Assembly (NCBI GenBank): GCA_034189385.1
Contig: JAXHVD010000006.1
Location: 32,001 to 96,000, forward strand
DNA from: Thermodesulfobacteriota bacterium
Lineage (GTDB): Bacteria; Desulfobacterota; Desulfobacteria; Desulfobacterales; C00003060
Length of the DNA stretch: 64,000 bases
Direction of reading: 5' to 3'
Shown: in pieces, positions 59,684-64,000 of the stretch
Position numbering within the stretch: position 1 is the stretch's first letter
How the letters are laid out: each line of letters starts with the position of its first letter
Position numbers and translations under genes: made by a program
The notes under the pieces: generated by a model
The model's database searches: none
Seen by the model: only the letters and a program-made list of their open reading frames with translations
What the model was told of the DNA's origin: nothing

Positions 59684-61312
59684 TCACTCTGGTTCAAAGA
59701 GGTCCACGAATTCGAACCGCTGCCCGTCAAAGAGCCCTTTGTCGCTTAGTTTGAGTTCCGGAATGACCAAGAGGGCCATAAAGGAAAGGGTCATAAACGG
59801 GGCCTTCAATGTTGCGCCAAGCGCTTTTGCACGCCCATCCAGGTGGGCATATGCCTTGGCCACTTCAAAGCCGTCTTTGTTGGACATGAGCCCGGCGACG
59901 GGTAGGGCAAGGGTCTCCACAAGATCATCGTGAACGACCGCAAGGCCCCCTTTGTTCTCAATCACCCTATTGACGGCGCGGCAAATATCTTCATCAGAGA
60001 CCCCAACGGCCACGACATTGTGAGAATCATGGGCCACCGATGCGGAAATGGCCCCTTTTTTCAGGCCGAAGTTCTTTACAAAGCCGATGGCAGGAGGCAC
60101 GTCTTGGTAACGGTTTACTACGGCAAGCTTCAGGATATCTCTTTCGGGGTCAGAAACCGCAAAGCCGTTTTCCACCCGCGGCTTCTGCCGGTTTCTCCCT
60201 GTCATCACCTGCCCGTCAATGGCCTCTATCACGTTGATGATCTCTCCGGTCGTTTGAACCTTAAAGTCTGACGTCTGCTTTTCCCGTGCACGAAAGTCAT
60301 TAACAACCCTTGATGGAACCCTTGGAAGCAGCGTTTTCCCTCTTTCAGCCACCTTCACTCCATTGATATAGGTGGCCAGGATGTTGAAATCCTCAAAATT
60401 GTCTATGACCAGAAAGTCGGCCCAATCTCCTTTTTGAAGAAGACCCACGTCCAAGCCGTAGTGGCGGACGGGATTCACACACGCACACTTCAACACCTTC
60501 ATCTTGTCGAAACCCAATGCCAAGGCCCTTTTTGCCAGTGCATTGATTTGCCCCATAACCAGATCATCAGGGTGCTTGTCATCGCTGCAAAGCATGGACA
60601 TGTCATTGTACTCATCAATGGCAAAGCTCAAGGTATCGAAGTTCTTGGCTGCCGAGCCCTCGCGAATATGAAGCTTCATCCCCAGTTTCAGCTTCTGCAA
60701 GGCCTCGTCTTTTTCGATGGTTTCATGATCTGTCTCTATCCCGGCCTTCACGTATTTCTCAAGCATCTCCCCCTTCACCCCAGGGGCGTGGCCGTCGATG
60801 CGCTTTTTGTATTTCTTGGCCAAGGCGATCTTGGCCAACACCTCCGGATCTTGATAGACTACGCCAGGATAATTCATCACTTCGCTCAGGAATTTGATCT
60901 CGTCTCTTTTCAAAAGCATTTCTACGGCTTCCGGTCCCAGCTCGGCCCCTGCCGTCTCAAAGTTGGTGGCAGGCACACAAGAAGGTGCACCAAAGTAAAA
61001 TTTCAACGGCACCTTCTGCCCATCCTCAATCATGTAATCCACCCCATCGATTCCCAACACGTTGGCAATCTCGTGAGGATCAGAAACCGTTGCCACCGTT
61101 CCGTGAATAACTGCTAGCCTGGCAAATTCAGAAGGAGTAAGCATGGAGCTCTCGATATGCACATGGGCATCAATGAGGCCAGGTATAATGAAGATATCGT
61201 AATGACTACGGTCTCGTGTGATGTCTACTATTTTGCCATTGGAAACCTTTAACGTCCCCGGATAGGTCTCCGAGTTCAAGGCATCCACAATATTGCCTGA
61301 AATCGTTTTCAT
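59684..61312 (-). CDS. ade: adenine deaminase
   Basis: DAHVHIESS, DPHEIANV, DGHAP, REGSAAKN, SDDKH, AHDSHN. Confidence 0.95.
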   Translation of the reverse strand: MKTISGNIVDALNSETYPGTLKVSNGKIVDITRDRSHYDIFIIPGLIDAHVHIESSMLTPSEFARLAVIHGTVATVSDPHEIANVLGIDGVDYMIEDGQKVPLKFYFGAPSCVPATNFETAGAELGPEAVEMLLKRDEIKFLSEVMNYPGVVYQDPEVLAKIALAKKYKKRIDGHAPGVKGEMLEKYVKAGIETDHETIEKDEALQKLKLGMKLHIREGSAAKNFDTLSFAIDEYNDMSMLCSDDKHPDDLVMGQINALAKRALALGFDKMKVLKCACVNPVRHYGLDVGLLQKGDWADFLVIDNFEDFNILATYINGVKVAERGKTLLPRVPSRVVNDFRAREKQTSDFKVQTTGEIINVIEAIDGQVMTGRNRQKPRVENGFAVSDPERDILKLAVVNRYQDVPPAIGFVKNFGLKKGAISASVAHDSHNVVAVGVSDEDICRAVNRVIENKGGLAVVHDDLVETLALPVAGLMSNKDGFEVAKAYAHLDGRAKALGATLKAPFMTLSFMALLVIPELKLSDKGLFDGQRFEFVDLFEPE

Positions 61313-61492
61313 GTCCTCTTCCATCCTGCGAACAAATGAACTACCCAGCACCACACTGCGGGCATCATGCCATGCCCAGCACCATACATATTTATAACGA
61401 TTATGGGATGTTGTCAACAATGGCGCCTGCGAGAGGAGAGAATGAGGGCTTGGCAAGATTCGTGTAGGAATGTGTTAGGAAAGGCAGGAATC

Positions 61493-62590
61493 CTAGTTGC
61501 TAAACATCTTTTTCAACTTGCTGGAAAGCTTCTTTGATTCGAGGGCGGCAAACTCTTTGAGGAGGGCTTCTTGTTTTTTGGTGATACCTGTAGGGGTCTT
61601 GACCATCACCTGAATGATCTGATCCCCCCTGCCGTAGCCCCTCAAGGACGGAATCCCTTCGCCTCTAAAACGAAAGACCTCTCCCGGCTGGGTTCCCTTG
61701 GGGATGTGAAGCTCCTTGTCTCCGTTTAGGGTGGGCACAGTAATGTCGTCACCAAGCGTGGCCTGGACAAAAGAGATTGGGATCTGGCAGATCACATCAT
61801 TGTTGTTTCGTTTGAAGAACTCATGGGGTTCAACGTGGACATAGATGTAGAGGTCCCCGGGCGGGCCGCCGCGGGTACCGCTTTCCCCTTCACCGGTCAG
61901 TCTCAGCCTTGAGCCCGTGTCCACCCCGGCCGGCATTTTGACAGAGACCTTTTTCTTGCGCTCAACCTGTCCTGTCCCACGGCATTCTTTGCAGGGATGT
62001 GTTATTTTCCGGCCTTCACCCCGACAATAGGGGCAGGTGGTTCGGATGCTGAAAAAGCCCTGACTGCGACTGATTTGGCCGCTTCCGCCGCAATGGTGAC
62101 AATTCTCCGGCGAGGTCCCAGGCTCACAGCCCGTGCCCTCACAAGCCTCACAGCTTTCCAGCTTTTCGATCTCAATCTCCGTCTCCACCCCAAAGGCTGC
62201 GTCCATGAAGCTCACGGAAAGATCGTATCTGAGATCTGCCCCTCGCCGTGCTGCCGTCCGATTACGCCTGCCGGTGCCAAATCCAAAAAAATCCTCAAAG
62301 ATGTCGCCGAAGCTGGAAAATATGTCCTCAAATCCTCTGAACCCGGAAAATCCGGTCCCTTGAAGGCCTTCATGGCCATACTGGTCGTAGATACTTCTCT
62401 TTTGGGAGTCTCTTAAGACCTCGTAGGCCTCGGCGGCTTCCTTGAAGTTTTCTTCAGCTTCCTTGTCACCGGGATTGCGGTCTGGATGGTACTTCAGGGC
62501 CAATTTTCGATAATTGGACTTGATCTGGTCATCATCGGCGTCTCGACTAACACCGAGGACCTCGTAATAATCCCGCTTATTGGTCATCAT
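61493..62590 (-). CDS. dnaJ: chaperone DnaJ
   Basis: HPD J-domain, G/F-rich region, four CxxCxGxG repeats. Confidence 0.97.
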   Translation of the reverse strand: MMTNKRDYYEVLGVSRDADDDQIKSNYRKLALKYHPDRNPGDKEAEENFKEAAEAYEVLRDSQKRSIYDQYGHEGLQGTGFSGFRGFEDIFSSFGDIFEDFFGFGTGRRNRTAARRGADLRYDLSVSFMDAAFGVETEIEIEKLESCEACEGTGCEPGTSPENCHHCGGSGQISRSQGFFSIRTTCPYCRGEGRKITHPCKECRGTGQVERKKKVSVKMPAGVDTGSRLRLTGEGESGTRGGPPGDLYIYVHVEPHEFFKRNNNDVICQIPISFVQATLGDDITVPTLNGDKELHIPKGTQPGEVFRFRGEGIPSLRGYGRGDQIIQVMVKTPTGITKKQEALLKEFAALESKKLSSKLKKMFSN

Positions 62591-62691
62591 TCTTTCTATG
62601 CCGTACATGCGACAGGGGGGCAGTTGTATTAACCCATAAAAATAATGCAGAAATCCGGTTTGTCAACACATGGCCGCCCCATCTTCAACAT

Positions 62692-63729
62692 CTAGACATT
62701 GAAGCGAAAATAGATCACGTCTCCATCTTGCACCACATAGTCCTTCCCCTCCAGGTGGACCTTGGCCTCCTTCTTGGCCTCCTGGTAGCTGCCTGCGGTG
62801 ATCAAATCATCAAAGGCCAAGACCTCGGCACGGATAAAGCCCTTTTTCATGTCAGAGTGGATCACCCCGGCCCCATCTAATGCCGTTGTCCCCCTGGGAA
62901 TCATCCAACAGCGCACCTCGTCATGAACCACGGTGAAAAATGAGATAAGACCCAGCAAATCACAGGACTGTCGGACAACCCTATCGGCGGCCAGTCCCTT
63001 GACATGATAGGCTTCCAAGAACTCTTCTGCCTCTTCAGGCGAGAGCTCGGCAAGCTCTGTTTCAAGCTTTCCCCGAACCACAACGGCCTTGGTCAGGGCC
63101 GAGGAATCATACCCAGGAGGGTAGTCTTCGTCTTCATCGTCGTTGTTATAGACGATCAGGGCTGGTTTTGCCGAAAGAAAAGTATATCCCCTGAGAAGGG
63201 GGGCTGCGGCCAGTTCAGGATCATCCCGAAGGGGCCTTTCATCCTCCAGGACCTTTCGGCATCTCTCCAGAAGCCCGCGCTCCTCATGGTTGATCTCCTT
63301 GCCCCGTTTTCTGTCCAGGTCCATGCGTTCCATGCGCTTTTCCACGACCACAAGATCAGCAAAGACCATGTCGCTCTCAAGGCTGAGAAGGTCCTCCTGC
63401 GGGTGCGGGGCATCGGCCCCTGGCAAAGAAAAATTGCGCACCACATGGACCAGGGCATCACAGGGACGCACCTCGCTCCAGAGGCCTTCACTTTCCTTCC
63501 TATCTTGGGTCTGAGTCGCGGCCCCCCACGGGAGGATGTATTCCAAATGGACATAGACGGTTTTCTTGGGTTTGAAGAGTTTGGTCAGGGCTTCAACACG
63601 CTCATCGGGGACACAGACGGTGCCGATCAGGGGCGCCTTTTTCCCCCATTCTTCGGGCTTGCTCCCTGTAAGGGCCTGGAAGACCGTGGATCTGCCTGAT
63701 CCTGGAAGACCTATCATCCCGAGTCTCAT
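62692..63729 (-). CDS. ychF: YchF-like protein with altered nucleotide-binding motifs
   Basis: GLPGSGRST, VPDERV, LSAKP, IHSDMKKGFIRAEV, DGDVIYFRFNV. Confidence 0.85.
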   Translation of the reverse strand: MRLGMIGLPGSGRSTVFQALTGSKPEEWGKKAPLIGTVCVPDERVEALTKLFKPKKTVYVHLEYILPWGAATQTQDRKESEGLWSEVRPCDALVHVVRNFSLPGADAPHPQEDLLSLESDMVFADLVVVEKRMERMDLDRKRGKEINHEERGLLERCRKVLEDERPLRDDPELAAAPLLRGYTFLSAKPALIVYNNDDEDEDYPPGYDSSALTKAVVVRGKLETELAELSPEEAEEFLEAYHVKGLAADRVVRQSCDLLGLISFFTVVHDEVRCWMIPRGTTALDGAGVIHSDMKKGFIRAEVLAFDDLITAGSYQEAKKEAKVHLEGKDYVVQDGDVIYFRFNV

Positions 63730-63890
63730 GGTCTAGACCTAGTCCTTGGTGAGCTTTCACAACCGTTGTGGCATTGAAAAGACAGGGGCAACCGCCAGAT
63801 CATCTATGGGTTTTTCCTTTACAAATCCTCTCTGATATAGTTGATATCAAGCAACCTGGCAAGGTTTTGTGGAAGCCAGGCTTATTGCCC

Positions 63891-64000
63891 ATGAACCGAT
63901 GGCCTATACAAATGAGACACATTACAAATCTCACCGTCTTTCTGTTTCTGACTCTCATCGCACCAGCCCTGGCCCTCGGGGCAGAGGAATTCCCCAAGCC
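63891..64000 (+). CDS. 5' end of an exported protein (possibly TPM-domain), truncated by the window edge
   Basis: Open frame MNRWPIQMRHITNLTVFLFLTLIAPALALGAEEFPK with a signal peptide. Confidence 0.5.
   Translation, partial: MNRWPIQMRHITNLTVFLFLTLIAPALALGAEEFPK

Noticed and set aside
1..64000. CRISPR array, rRNA, intact transposase/integrase, prophage genes
   Set aside because: No regularly spaced repeats or recognisable genes of these kinds were seen by eye.

Overview
A 64-kb chromosomal segment whose gene content (2-oxoacid:ferredoxin oxidoreductase operon, NIL-ferredoxin, sulfide-dependent Thi4, BamD, TonB receptor) fits an anaerobic diderm bacterium, probably Desulfobacterota (inferred, not searched). 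Most of it is housekeeping: aroF, mtaB, mnmA, uppP, PMM/PGM, ihfB, plsY, bamD, trxA/trxB-like, leuA, thi4, priA, ade, dnaJ and three tRNAs. The more unusual elements are: (1) a roughly 10.5-kb accessory island behind tRNA-Glu, in which a LexA-family repressor with a perfect 20-bp palindrome over its own start codon heads a tightly coupled N6-adenine methyltransferase plus PD-(D/E)xK-like gene pair, a candidate DNA-damage-inducible modification/defence system; (2) a probable selenoprotein missed by the ORF track (in-frame UGA at a conserved Cys position, followed by a SECIS-like hairpin); (3) two leader-peptide attenuators (Trp-rich before aroF, Leu-rich before leuA); (4) two convergent B12-uptake operons, each with its own cobalamin riboswitch, one encoding a probable surface-anchored protein; (5) two YchF paralogues with degenerate or missing nucleotide-binding motifs; (6) a dispersed palindromic MITE/REP-like repeat. 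All family calls come from motif recognition by eye; no searches were run.
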